NCBI GenBank assembly: GCA_026461075.1
Contig: JAPJNH010000051.1
Span: 65,816-129,815 of the forward strand
DNA: 64,000 bases
DNA from: Chitinophagales bacterium
GTDB lineage: Bacteria; Bacteroidota; Bacteroidia; Chitinophagales; CAIODY01
Reading direction: 5' to 3'
In this document: positions 19,057 through 28,900 of the stretch, one piece after another
Numbering within the stretch: position 1 is the stretch's first letter
How the letters are laid out: each line of letters begins with the position of its first letter
Made by a program: the position numbers and the translations under genes
Notes under the pieces: generated by a model
Database searches by the model: none
Told to the model about the DNA's origin: nothing
The model's input: only the letters and a program-made list of their open reading frames with translations

Positions 19057-20292
19057 TTATTTCAAACCGAAAGCTTTCTTCACTTTAGCCACATAATCTA
19101 ATTTCTCCCAAGTGAAAGTCTCATAGGTTTTGCCATTGATAATTTTCTTACCAGGAGTTCTTCCCATATGACCATAAGCTGCAGTTTCGCTATAGATAGG
19201 CGTTTTCAATTTCAAACGATCAATGATCGCTGCTGGACGCATATCAAAAATATCAGCTATTTTTTTAGCCATTTCTCCGTCAGTCATTTTCACTTTCGAA
19301 GTTCCATAAGTATTCACATATAAACCTACTGGCTTTGCAACACCGATAGCATAAGCAACTTGTACCAATACTTCATCACACAAACCTGCAGCAACCATAT
19401 TCTTAGCAATATGACGAGTCGCATACGCAGCAGAACGATCTACTTTAGAAGGATCTTTACCAGAGAATGCGCCACCACCGTGTGCACCTTTACCACCATA
19501 CGTATCAACGATAATCTTACGACCAGTCAAACCTGTATCACCGTGTGGTCCGCCAATAACGAACTTTCCAGTTGGGTTGATATGGTAAACAACTTTATTA
19601 TCGAATAATACCTGGATTTTCTTAGGCAACTTCTTCATGATACGAGGGATCAAAATTTTGATCATATCCTCTTTGATTTTCTTCAACATCACATCTTCTT
19701 TAGCGAAGTCGTCGTGTTGTGTAGAGATAACAATTGTATCAATACGAATAGGACGATTGTTATCATCATATTCAATCGTTACTTGCGACTTAGCATCCGG
19801 ACGAAGATATTTCATGATCTTACCTTCCTTACGAATCGCTGCTAATTCTTCTAACAACAAATGCGACAATGCTAATGGCAATGGCATGTACGTATCAGTA
19901 TCCTTACAAGCATAACCAAACATCATACCTTGGTCGCCCGCACCTTGCTCTTTATGCAAACCTTTTCCTTCATCCACACCTTGTGCGATATCTGGAGATT
20001 GCTGATGAATAGCTACTAAAATACCACAGCTATCCGCTTCGAACATATAATCAGCTTTTGTATAACCAATGTTCTTGATGGTATTACGAATCACAGCTTG
20101 ATAATCAATATTAGCTTTTGTTGTAATTTCACCGGCAACAACCACCTGACCAGTGGTAACCAATGTTTCACATGCTACACGACTTTTAGCATCTTGCGCC
20201 AACATGGCGTCAATCACTGCATCGGAAATCTGATCTGCTACTTTATCTGGGTGGCCTTCAGAAACTGACTCAGAAGTAAATAAATAAGACAT
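19057..20292 (-). CDS. metK: S-adenosylmethionine synthetase
   Basis: 411 aa. [55 protein letters not shown]. Confidence 0.95.
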   Translation of the reverse strand: MSYLFTSESVSEGHPDKVADQISDAVIDAMLAQDAKSRVACETLVTTGQVVVAGEITTKANIDYQAVIRNTIKNIGYTKADYMFEADSCGILVAIHQQSPDIAQGVDEGKGLHKEQGAGDQGMMFGYACKDTDTYMPLPLALSHLLLEELAAIRKEGKIMKYLRPDAKSQVTIEYDDNNRPIRIDTIVISTQHDDFAKEDVMLKKIKEDMIKILIPRIMKKLPKKIQVLFDNKVVYHINPTGKFVIGGPHGDTGLTGRKIIVDTYGGKGAHGGGAFSGKDPSKVDRSAAYATRHIAKNMVAAGLCDEVLVQVAYAIGVAKPVGLYVNTYGTSKVKMTDGEMAKKIADIFDMRPAAIIDRLKLKTPIYSETAAYGHMGRTPGKKIINGKTYETFTWEKLDYVAKVKKAFGLK

Positions 20293-20312
20293 ATTAATGG
20301 TTTTATTGGGTA

Positions 20313-20320
20313 CAAATGTA
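20313..20320 (-). promoter_or_regulatory. Bacteroidota-type -7 promoter box (TAnnTTTG)
   Basis: Minus-strand TACATTTG, 20 nt upstream of the metK ATG, in a 54-nt intergenic gap. Confidence 0.35.
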
Positions 20321-20346
20321 GAAAAACTGAAGCAATTTCTAAATTA

Positions 20347-21942
20347 TTATTGAAGATGTTTCAAAGCAGCTTTGATAGTCGAATCGTCACTCTCATAAAT
20401 ATAATAGAATGCGTCTCCGCCCCATACCTGTTTGGCGATGTAGGCCTTCAATTGGCGAGCAATAAACGCCCTAGCAGAAGCATTCACCACACCTATGTAT
20501 TTAGCGTCCTTTACAGAGGAATTGATAAGAGAATTCAAAACCTTGGCATCCTTATCAAAATTCCTGTTAAAAGCTTCTGCGCTGCCGAAAGCAGCTATTG
20601 TAGCCTTGTTATGCGCAACATACTCATAAGCAAATTGCTGCAAAGCTCCTCCATTCATTAAAGAACGAATCATAGGATCAGCACCTAAAGTGGTATCTAA
20701 TGGAACGAAGATATCCGGACGAACACCGCCCCCCGCAAATACAGGGCGATGCTTAACCATCGTATAATACTTCATAGTGTCCGCATTCTTGATACTGTCA
20801 CCATTAGTCAATTCCCCATGCTTATAACGATTATAAACATCCATATCATAATCCGCCTCGCCTAATTGATACTTCTTCTGAATGCATCTTCCACTTGGTG
20901 TATAATAACGAGCCACTGTCAAACGCAAAGCAGAACCATCACTCAATTGATATTGTTCTTGAACTAAGCCCTTTCCAAAGGTACGACGCCCAATTATCGT
21001 CCCGCGATCCCAATCTTGCAAGGCTCCAGAAACAATTTCACTAGCACTTGCAGAGCCCTCATCCACTAATACAACAATCTGACCTTTCTCAAACATTCCC
21101 TCCACATGCGAAGTATAATCTTGGCGCGTACGATTACGACCTACGGTATAAACTAAAGTCTTATCACCATCAATCAACTCATCCAAAATTTTAGTTGCCG
21201 CATCTAAATACCCACCTCCGTTACCGCGCAAATCAATCACCAACTTCTTCATAGAACCTTTCTGCAACAGGCTATCCAAGCGTTGCATAAACTCGATATA
21301 CGTATTCTCTGCAAAGCGATTCACCTTGATATACCCTACTTCTTTATTCAACATAAAGGCCGCATCGATACTGTACAAAGGAATTTGACCACGAGTGATC
21401 GTGTACGAACTCAGTTTCTTAGAAGTCCCTCTGATAATTCCAACCTTCACCTTGCTGCCCCCTTTGCCACGCAACTTCTTAATGACATTTTCATTGGTGA
21501 TTTTTTTACCAGCAACTAAGGTATCGTTAATCGTTACGATTCGATCTCCGGAAAGAATGCCAACTTGTTGAGAAGGACCTCCAGAAATCACATTCACCAC
21601 CATAATGGTATCCTTCACGATAAAGAACTCAACCCCGATTCCCTCAAAATTACCTTCTAATTGCTCATTCACGCCTTTAAGCTCTTCAGCAGAGATGTAG
21701 GAACTATGCGGATCTAATTGCTTCAACAATTCAACATAGGATTCTTCCTTAATTTTCTCCATGTTCAAGGTATCGACATAATTACTCGAAATATAGTTCA
21801 ATAGCTCATCAAACTTAGATTGACCACCACCGACTCCGAACTTATTTGCACCATTTGAACCCAAACGCATCCCGATAAAAACGCCGAGAATCACAGAGAT
21901 TGCCACAATGGTAGGCAACCAGAATTTATTTTGCTCTTTCAT
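20347..21942 (-). CDS. S41-family C-terminal processing (tail-specific) peptidase with PDZ domain
   Basis: Start placed at MKEQNKFWLPTIVAISV (21942). Motifs DLRGNGGGY and GSASASEIVSGALQD. Confidence 0.9.
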   Translation of the reverse strand: MKEQNKFWLPTIVAISVILGVFIGMRLGSNGANKFGVGGGQSKFDELLNYISSNYVDTLNMEKIKEESYVELLKQLDPHSSYISAEELKGVNEQLEGNFEGIGVEFFIVKDTIMVVNVISGGPSQQVGILSGDRIVTINDTLVAGKKITNENVIKKLRGKGGSKVKVGIIRGTSKKLSSYTITRGQIPLYSIDAAFMLNKEVGYIKVNRFAENTYIEFMQRLDSLLQKGSMKKLVIDLRGNGGGYLDAATKILDELIDGDKTLVYTVGRNRTRQDYTSHVEGMFEKGQIVVLVDEGSASASEIVSGALQDWDRGTIIGRRTFGKGLVQEQYQLSDGSALRLTVARYYTPSGRCIQKKYQLGEADYDMDVYNRYKHGELTNGDSIKNADTMKYYTMVKHRPVFAGGGVRPDIFVPLDTTLGADPMIRSLMNGGALQQFAYEYVAHNKATIAAFGSAEAFNRNFDKDAKVLNSLINSSVKDAKYIGVVNASARAFIARQLKAYIAKQVWGGDAFYYIYESDDSTIKAALKHLQ

Positions 21943-21959
21943 GTTGAATATTAGAAAGA

Positions 21960-21967
21960 CAAATATA
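21960..21967 (-). promoter_or_regulatory. Bacteroidota-type -7 promoter box (TAnnTTTG)
   Basis: Minus-strand TATATTTG, 18 nt upstream of the ATG at 21942. Confidence 0.35.
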
Positions 21968-22001
21968 GTTAGCAATTAAACATCCCGCACTTTTTGACAA
22001 A

Positions 22002-22029
22002 TAAAAAACCCCGTAATTTCTTACGGGGT
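22002..22029 (-). terminator. Rho-independent terminator of the Calx-beta giant gene
   Basis: Stem ACCCCGTAA / TTACGGGGT with a 4-nt loop, followed on the minus strand by a T-run (TTTTTTAT). Confidence 0.7.
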
Positions 22030-22048
22030 TCTTAATATCACAGATTTT

Positions 22049-25000
22049 CTATCGTTCAATCACAATTTGTCCGTTCCCTTTTAGAACACCATTTTCTATA
22101 ATTCGATAAACATAAGTCCCTGCACTTAAATCAGGCAATTGAATTTGCTCCTTAGTACTTATAATAGCATTTTGCAATACCACTTGTCCCATTAAATTCA
22201 ATAATTGAAAATTTGCAGGAGTAGCTTGCGCACGTTCGATGCTAAGCACGCCATTACTTTCTAAAGGAGAAGGATATACCTTAATTAGATTCGTATTAAT
22301 CGCTTCCACTCCGGTAGCGAAGTCGTTATCCAACACAACTACTTGCATGGTTGTAAGTGCTCCCAAATTGGCATTCTGGGCAGAATTCAAGCTTATCGTG
22401 AATTGCTCAGATGTTTCGAATATATTATCATCCACAATATTAATTTGAATATTGTTCACGGTATTGAAAGGAGGAATGATTAATGGACTTGCCGTAATCA
22501 CTACATAATCGGTCGTTGGAAGACAAGTACCTGCATTCACAGTAAAGGATACCGATACAGGCGATGCCGTTGGGTTACTTACATAAACAGGCACGTTTAA
22601 CACGAGTGTTTGCCCTTCTTTCACCGTAGTGGCAGTACTTTGGAATTGAGCAACGGTTTGTAATCCGCCATTATCATTGTCAGTAATCGTACCAGTGAAA
22701 GTATTAGCCGCACCGATTGTTGCATTCACCGCATTACTCAAAACAATCGTAAATGTTTCTGTCCCTTCCACAATCGCATCATCCACAATAGTGAAAGTTA
22801 CATTTTGAGGGGTAGTCGAACCTATAGGGAAAATTATAGTTTGAGAAACAGTACCCGTTACATCTGTTCCGACCAAGGCCGTTCCGCTAGTAAGCGTTGC
22901 TGTAACGCTTACCGTAGTTGCACCTGGATTTTGAATCATTACAGGAACGGTAATAGTACCTGCACTTTCAATATAAGTATTTGCAGTTGTACCAAAGTAA
23001 ACCGTTGGCGCAAGAACATCGTTATCGATAATTGAAACTCCATCTGTTTGCATTGCACCCATGGTCGCTCCGATTGGATTCACTAGAACCAGTACAATAT
23101 TCTCTGTTGGCTCTACAATAATATCATCTACCACACTAATGGTGATGTATTTAATGGTGTCGCCAGGATAGAAGGTAATGCTACCAAGAGTACCACTAAT
23201 ACTATAATCAGCAGGAGTTATCGCCGAACCAGCAAGTGTATACGAAACTGTAACAGTATCACAATGCACATTACTTAAGAATACGGGCACTTGTAACATG
23301 CCACCAGCTTCGCCTATAGTTTGTGTCGGATTACTGCTAAAGGAAACACTTGGAGTAGGATCATTTTGTACAATATCAATATAATAAATAGAGTCCTGTC
23401 CAATTAAAACATTCACTGGATTAGAGAGTGTCAAAACCACACTTTCTAAAAATTCAGGTATACAATCATCCAATAAAGAGAACTGAACATATTGCGTATC
23501 ATTTGCCGAAGCAAAGGTTAAGATTTGCGGATTTGTCATAATAAAATCAACCCCATTCGTAGCCGTAGTATTCAACAAGTCCAAATTCACATTAACCGTT
23601 AATGGAAATACAGGTGTTGACCCTGAAGCTACTACCGGAATAGTAAGGGCTGCATTCATCTCGGAATACATGACATATGTTGGTTGTATGAAGTTTACAG
23701 AAACTGTCGGTGGCGTATAAACATCATCGTCCAAAATATCTATCAATGCATTTGAGGCTGCTGAGTTAATTTGTGTATTCGCTCCGGCACCGTACAACAT
23801 CAATGAGAAAGTCTCTGTTCCTTCGAAAATAAGATCTTGTATGATAGGAATCGTAAGAACAAGTTGTGTATCTGTTGGACCGAAGTTTAAAATCGCGCCT
23901 GGGAATGTATAATCCAATCCTAAAGTAGTAGTGATATCCATCGACATTACACTTACCGTTCCTCCATAGCCATATTCATTGGTAAAATCTACTGGCACTA
24001 GAATTGCCCCACCTCCTTCAGCGATGCTCATGCTTGCCATGTTAAATGAAAAGCTTGGGATAGGATTCATATCGTTCACTGTTACAAGTGTTGAAGCTGT
24101 ACTCACACCACTTCCACTCTGACAGTTTGCCCAAGTTGCGTTCAAAGTAAACGTTTGAGGAATACCACTCGTATTTAATGTAGAATTCGTATAAGCATCA
24201 ACATAAACAGAGGCGCTTAATTGCCCTGGAGGAATTACAACTAAAATCGAGGTAGTTCCATTGGCATATCCAGTAAAATCCCATGATGTACTTCCTGAAG
24301 GATAATTTGAAGAAGGGGCCATCGAAACAGTGATGTACATGGTATCACAATGTGCTGCACTTAAATTTACAGGAATCATCTGATTCATTTGTCCCTCATT
24401 TATGCTATAAGTAGAAGCTCCAAAACTGACTGTTGGAGGAGCATCGTTTGGCAAGATATCTAATGAATAAATAGAATCTATTCCAATAGATACACCCGCA
24501 CTTGGATTTGAAACAAGCAATTGAATACTTTCCATTAGTTCACAAACGCATTCATCATAAACATCTAAAGAAACATACTGCGTGTCTTGCGCATTCAAGA
24601 ATGTTAATGTTGTAGTTGTAAAGTTATAATCAATACCCGCAATAGCCGTTGTATTAGCAGCAAGTAAACTAACGTCAGCCGTATATGGCCCTGCTGCACT
24701 TGCGTTCAGCACAACAGGAATTTGCAATGTAATCGCTTGCTCTAAAATGCTGTTATTAACAGGCGCAAGGAATTGGATTGTATTCGTTGGAGCAAAATCA
24801 TTATCCAAAATATCTACACGCAAAGTATCCTGAGCAATCGCTTGTATTTGAGCATTCTGCGGATTTGAAAACTCAATGTATAAATCCTCTGTGTTCTCCA
24901 TATTCAAATCGTCGATAATCTGCAATGTATCTGGGTCAATTAATCCATTCCAGTAAGGAGGAATTACGACCGTTTGTGTAACGAAGTTGTAATCTGATCC

Positions 25001-25801
25001 AGAGGTAGCACTACCCGCACTACTTACCAAAACAACGTCTACCTTCGTAGTGTCACTATTCGCAAATAAGATATGCATTGGCAAATTTACCGTACCACTA
25101 TTCTCGTTGAAAACAGCATAGGTAGAATCAAAAATCACCGTTGGAGGAATTGGTGTTCCACAAGGGAAGGCTGTATGACTACCTAGCATCGTAAATGTAT
25201 TCATTGGATAAGCCGTCCATTCATACATCCCTTTCATCATCCAATTCTTTTCTCCATGATAAATATTAGGATTACGAACAAGTGTAGTATTGATTGAGAA
25301 GTTATTTGTAAGCGGTGTATTAATTTGCCAAGAAGCGCCAGGGTTATTACATAATTCACCAAAAATATCTAGAGTATCACCGTTCAAGGTGTTAATCAAA
25401 TAAACTGCATCATTACCATTAAAATTTAATGATGCCCAGGTAGTATCTCTTGCCGCTACAACCGCAGGGCTTAGTCCTCCAGTTCCATTGAAAGACACGA
25501 CATAAACATCTCCTGGAAGAAGATTTACGCTTGCTGGCAGACGCATTGTATCTGGATTACCACATCCCGGCGTGGAGGTTCCTCGCATTGAAACACCTAA
25601 AAGATAATTTCCTAGATTTACAGGAATTGTTTTGGGATTATAAATCTCAATTACCTTGTTGGCAGAAAATCCAGGTCCAGGTTCTACATACTCACTAAAA
25701 AACAAATCTGCACAATTTATACCATAGGTCGATTGAGCAAAACTTGCATTTTTACCAACGAATAAAAGACAAAATACAATTAGCGTAACTAGTTTCTTCA
25801 T
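22049..25801 (-). CDS. Giant secreted protein: lamin-tail-like N-domain + about 9 Calx-beta repeats + T9SS type A C-terminal domain
   Basis: 1250 aa with signal peptide. SEYVEPGPG..NKVIEIYNP (LTD-like). Repeated ...DDxIxExTExF... Calx-beta signatures (e.g. IVDDAIVEGTETFTIVLSN). C-terminus KVYPSP...GTYVYRII...IVIER. Confidence 0.85.
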   Translation of the reverse strand: MKKLVTLIVFCLLFVGKNASFAQSTYGINCADLFFSEYVEPGPGFSANKVIEIYNPKTIPVNLGNYLLGVSMRGTSTPGCGNPDTMRLPASVNLLPGDVYVVSFNGTGGLSPAVVAARDTTWASLNFNGNDAVYLINTLNGDTLDIFGELCNNPGASWQINTPLTNNFSINTTLVRNPNIYHGEKNWMMKGMYEWTAYPMNTFTMLGSHTAFPCGTPIPPTVIFDSTYAVFNENSGTVNLPMHILFANSDTTKVDVVLVSSAGSATSGSDYNFVTQTVVIPPYWNGLIDPDTLQIIDDLNMENTEDLYIEFSNPQNAQIQAIAQDTLRVDILDNDFAPTNTIQFLAPVNNSILEQAITLQIPVVLNASAAGPYTADVSLLAANTTAIAGIDYNFTTTTLTFLNAQDTQYVSLDVYDECVCELMESIQLLVSNPSAGVSIGIDSIYSLDILPNDAPPTVSFGASTYSINEGQMNQMIPVNLSAAHCDTMYITVSMAPSSNYPSGSTSWDFTGYANGTTSILVVIPPGQLSASVYVDAYTNSTLNTSGIPQTFTLNATWANCQSGSGVSTASTLVTVNDMNPIPSFSFNMASMSIAEGGGAILVPVDFTNEYGYGGTVSVMSMDITTTLGLDYTFPGAILNFGPTDTQLVLTIPIIQDLIFEGTETFSLMLYGAGANTQINSAASNALIDILDDDVYTPPTVSVNFIQPTYVMYSEMNAALTIPVVASGSTPVFPLTVNVNLDLLNTTATNGVDFIMTNPQILTFASANDTQYVQFSLLDDCIPEFLESVVLTLSNPVNVLIGQDSIYYIDIVQNDPTPSVSFSSNPTQTIGEAGGMLQVPVFLSNVHCDTVTVSYTLAGSAITPADYSISGTLGSITFYPGDTIKYITISVVDDIIVEPTENIVLVLVNPIGATMGAMQTDGVSIIDNDVLAPTVYFGTTANTYIESAGTITVPVMIQNPGATTVSVTATLTSGTALVGTDVTGTVSQTIIFPIGSTTPQNVTFTIVDDAIVEGTETFTIVLSNAVNATIGAANTFTGTITDNDNGGLQTVAQFQSTATTVKEGQTLVLNVPVYVSNPTASPVSVSFTVNAGTCLPTTDYVVITASPLIIPPFNTVNNIQINIVDDNIFETSEQFTISLNSAQNANLGALTTMQVVVLDNDFATGVEAINTNLIKVYPSPLESNGVLSIERAQATPANFQLLNLMGQVVLQNAIISTKEQIQLPDLSAGTYVYRIIENGVLKGNGQIVIER
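22316..25156 (-). repeat. Array of about 9 diverged Calx-beta domain repeats (protein-level tandem repeats; boundaries approximate)
   Basis: An approximately 100-aa unit recurs, ending in D(D/N)D / DD..(E/F)..E motifs. Confidence 0.55.
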
Positions 25802-25858
25802 TGCTTTAAATTATGTCTTAAAAATAAAAAAATAAACCCGCTTTTGATTGATTTTAAG

Positions 25859-25894
25859 TAAAAAAAAGCCCCTCAAAATTGAGGGGCTTTTTTG
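25859..25894. terminator. Strong rho-independent terminator ending the paralogous type-B cargo operon (symmetric A-run/T-run)
   Basis: AAAAAAAA-GCCCCTCAA-aa-TTGAGGGGC-TTTTTT, 8 nt downstream of the stop at 25902. Confidence 0.8.
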
Positions 25895-25901
25895 AGAAGA
25901 A

Positions 25902-28900
25902 TTAACGTACTAAAGTAACGTCACCTTTCAGATAAATTAACTTACCGCCACCGCATTCTGCAATGACATTGTAAATATAAGTTCCTAATTCTTGTTCAAC
26001 ACCGCGGAATTTACCATCCCAACCTTTACTGTTTTTATCGTTGGTTGCGAACATCAATTGTCCCCAACGGTTATAAACCTCTAAACGTACCAAACGATAG
26101 AAATCATCTGGATTAAGAACACGGAATGTACGATCTGCCTCTACATCAGAGTTTGGCGCAAAAGCATTCGGAATTCTTAATGCTTCACACATACGAATAG
26201 TCACATGCATGGTATCCATATCCATACAACCAAACGAAGCATTATAGTAAGTTAATACATAATCTTGATCTACACTTGGAGTCGCATTTGGATCCATTAA
26301 GGTTGGATTGTCCAAAGTGGCTGCAGGTGACCATAAATACGCGTTACCACCAATACTTCCGCTTCCATCCAAATGAGCTGCATTGCCAACGAAGATGGTT
26401 TGATCTGCACCCGCATCAGCAATTGGTAAAGCATGACCCGTGATATGATGAGAAGTACTATCTGTACAACCATTTGCATCTGTTACGAATACGAACACAT
26501 CTGCACCCCCTGTTACAAACAATGAATCATTCGCTGATCCATCGCTCCATAAGTAAGAAACATAATTTGGGCTTACAGCCAAACCAACTGTTTGATCCAA
26601 ACACAAATCATTTGGTCCGATAATAGTTGGCGTAGGCAATGGATTCACGTCCACATTTTGTGTTACTGGCAAACTGCTACATCCGTCTTGCGTCACTACC
26701 AAGGTTGTTGGATAATGTGCTTGTGTTGAAGTGCTATTAAAATAACGTACATTGTGCGGACCTGCTGTAGTCGCTTTATTTGGACTTCCATTATTGAAGG
26801 TCCAGTTGTATGTTACTTGACCACTGCTACTTGGATTCGTCGTTCCTGTATAACTAAAGTTAACCACTTGACCAGAACAAATAGGGTTAGGTGCATAACT
26901 GAAAGTTGCAGTAGGAATTGGGTACACCGTAATTAATACAGAGTCAGTATTAGAAGTACATCCGTTCTCTGTGATTGTCAAATAAGCAACCTCAGTTTTG
27001 ATACCAGAAGTTGTCATGTAGGTTACACTATGCGGTCCTTTAGTGGTTGCAGTCAGAGGACTACCATTAGGGAAGGCGTAACCGAATGTACATGATGCGG
27101 CATTTTGGTAAGTACTACCAGCACTTGTGATTGTTACAGGAACACCAGCACATGTTAAGGCAGGATTCGAGCTAATTTTAGCAACCGGATAAGGGTGAAT
27201 AGTTACGTTTACTGAAGCACTATCGTAACAACCATCTTGATTAACTAACAAGGTAATTTTCTTCACTAATGATATTTTCGAAGGAACTGTATTCCAAGTC
27301 ACATCATAAGTAGGCGTATTATTAATCATGTTAGCAATACCACCATTCCAACCCCAAGTGTATACAGGAATTGTAGGTGTTGGATTTGGAGCAACCCCTG
27401 TATTAATGGTTCCATTGAACGCAACAGTTAATGGAGAGCCAGTACATACCGCATTAGGTGTTGTACTCATGCTTGCCACTGGATTTGGATATATTATAAC
27501 TGAGTCAACAGTTACAATAGAAGGACAAAGGTTCGTTGGTCCAACACTTGTTTGCAACTTGATAATATACTTACCAGGCGCGTTCATTACTAGGCTTAGA
27601 TTCTTAGTAGTACCTACGACATTATTACCCTTATCCATCCACTTGTAATTAAGTCCTGGATAAGTTGCAGAAGTTCCTGTATAGGTTAATTTCAAGCTAT
27701 CGCCCACACAATGCGGACTATTACGAGCAAAATTACTTGTCAATGTTGGAATAACCACAACACTTGCAGAGTCTGGGAAGGAAGTACAACCAAAGTCATT
27801 CACCACCAAATGAGGCGTATAGATACCTCCAGCATTCCAGAATACTTGATATGGACCTTGACCAGAACCACTTAATACTTGCCCGCCATTCCAATTCCAA
27901 TTATAAGTACCTGCTGCAGTACCTGAACCTGTATAGGTTACTGTACTTGGGCTTCCCTGACAAACAGGAGAACTCATAATAAAGTCGGCACTTGGTGTAA
28001 GATTTTGAAGAATGGTAATGGTATCGGTTGCAGAGCATCCTGTACCAGATTGTGTCGCTGTAACAATTACCGAATCAGGACCAAATACTGTTACATTAGG
28101 TGTAGAACAATTACTACATCCTGAAAGTGCTCCACCATTGATCGTCGACCATGTCCAGCCGGTCATCGGAATATTATTTCCAGTTGCCCATAATGGAACA
28201 ACAGCACCTGGACAAACACTGGTATCCTTACGAACTTGTAAATTGATTGTTCCGATCACATTAACAACAACCGTATCAAACAATGGGCAATAAGAACCCA
28301 TTAACTGACATACATAAGTTGTTGTGGTAGCCGGGTTCACATTGATTGTAGCATTGGTATTATTTGGAATTATACTTGGAGGAATTGAACTCCAGAAGAA
28401 ATTGTAATTACCAACATTGATTTGAATTGGACAGCCCGTGAAGCGTGCATTCGGCAACAAATTGCTTGTACCAAAGGTGTTTGGCGTAGCCGCATTTTGC
28501 GTACAGCCGGCAATACCAGCGATATTACCCGCCCATACGACACAGTTCCCAGCTTGCGCTGTTTTTGCAACCACATCACTCGCGGAAGAAATAGCTGACC
28601 CAAAACAAATCTCTACTAACAAATCGCTACTACCATCCCAATCATATGCATTGGTAAAGGCAAATGTATTCCAACCTGCTGTAGTAGTATAATTCGTAGG
28701 ACCGTAAACCGTAGACAATCCACCAATGAAGTTAGTAGGCATTGCTAAGTTTTTATTGATACAACTTACTTTGATGGTCATATTGTAATGCGGCAAATAA
28801 CTATTCTTGGTAGTAATATTAAATGCCATTGAAGAAATCTTGTATGGCGTACCAGCTGCAATACCAAAGGCTGCTTGCAAACTAGCTGCTGTATAACGCA

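Noticed and set aside
20293-20346. Possible SAM riboswitch upstream of metK.
   Set aside because: The gap is only 54 nt. It contains a promoter-like TACATTTG box and is AT-rich, with no evident pseudoknot or helix conservation. There is too little room for promoter plus aptamer, but I cannot run a covariance-model scan to exclude it formally.
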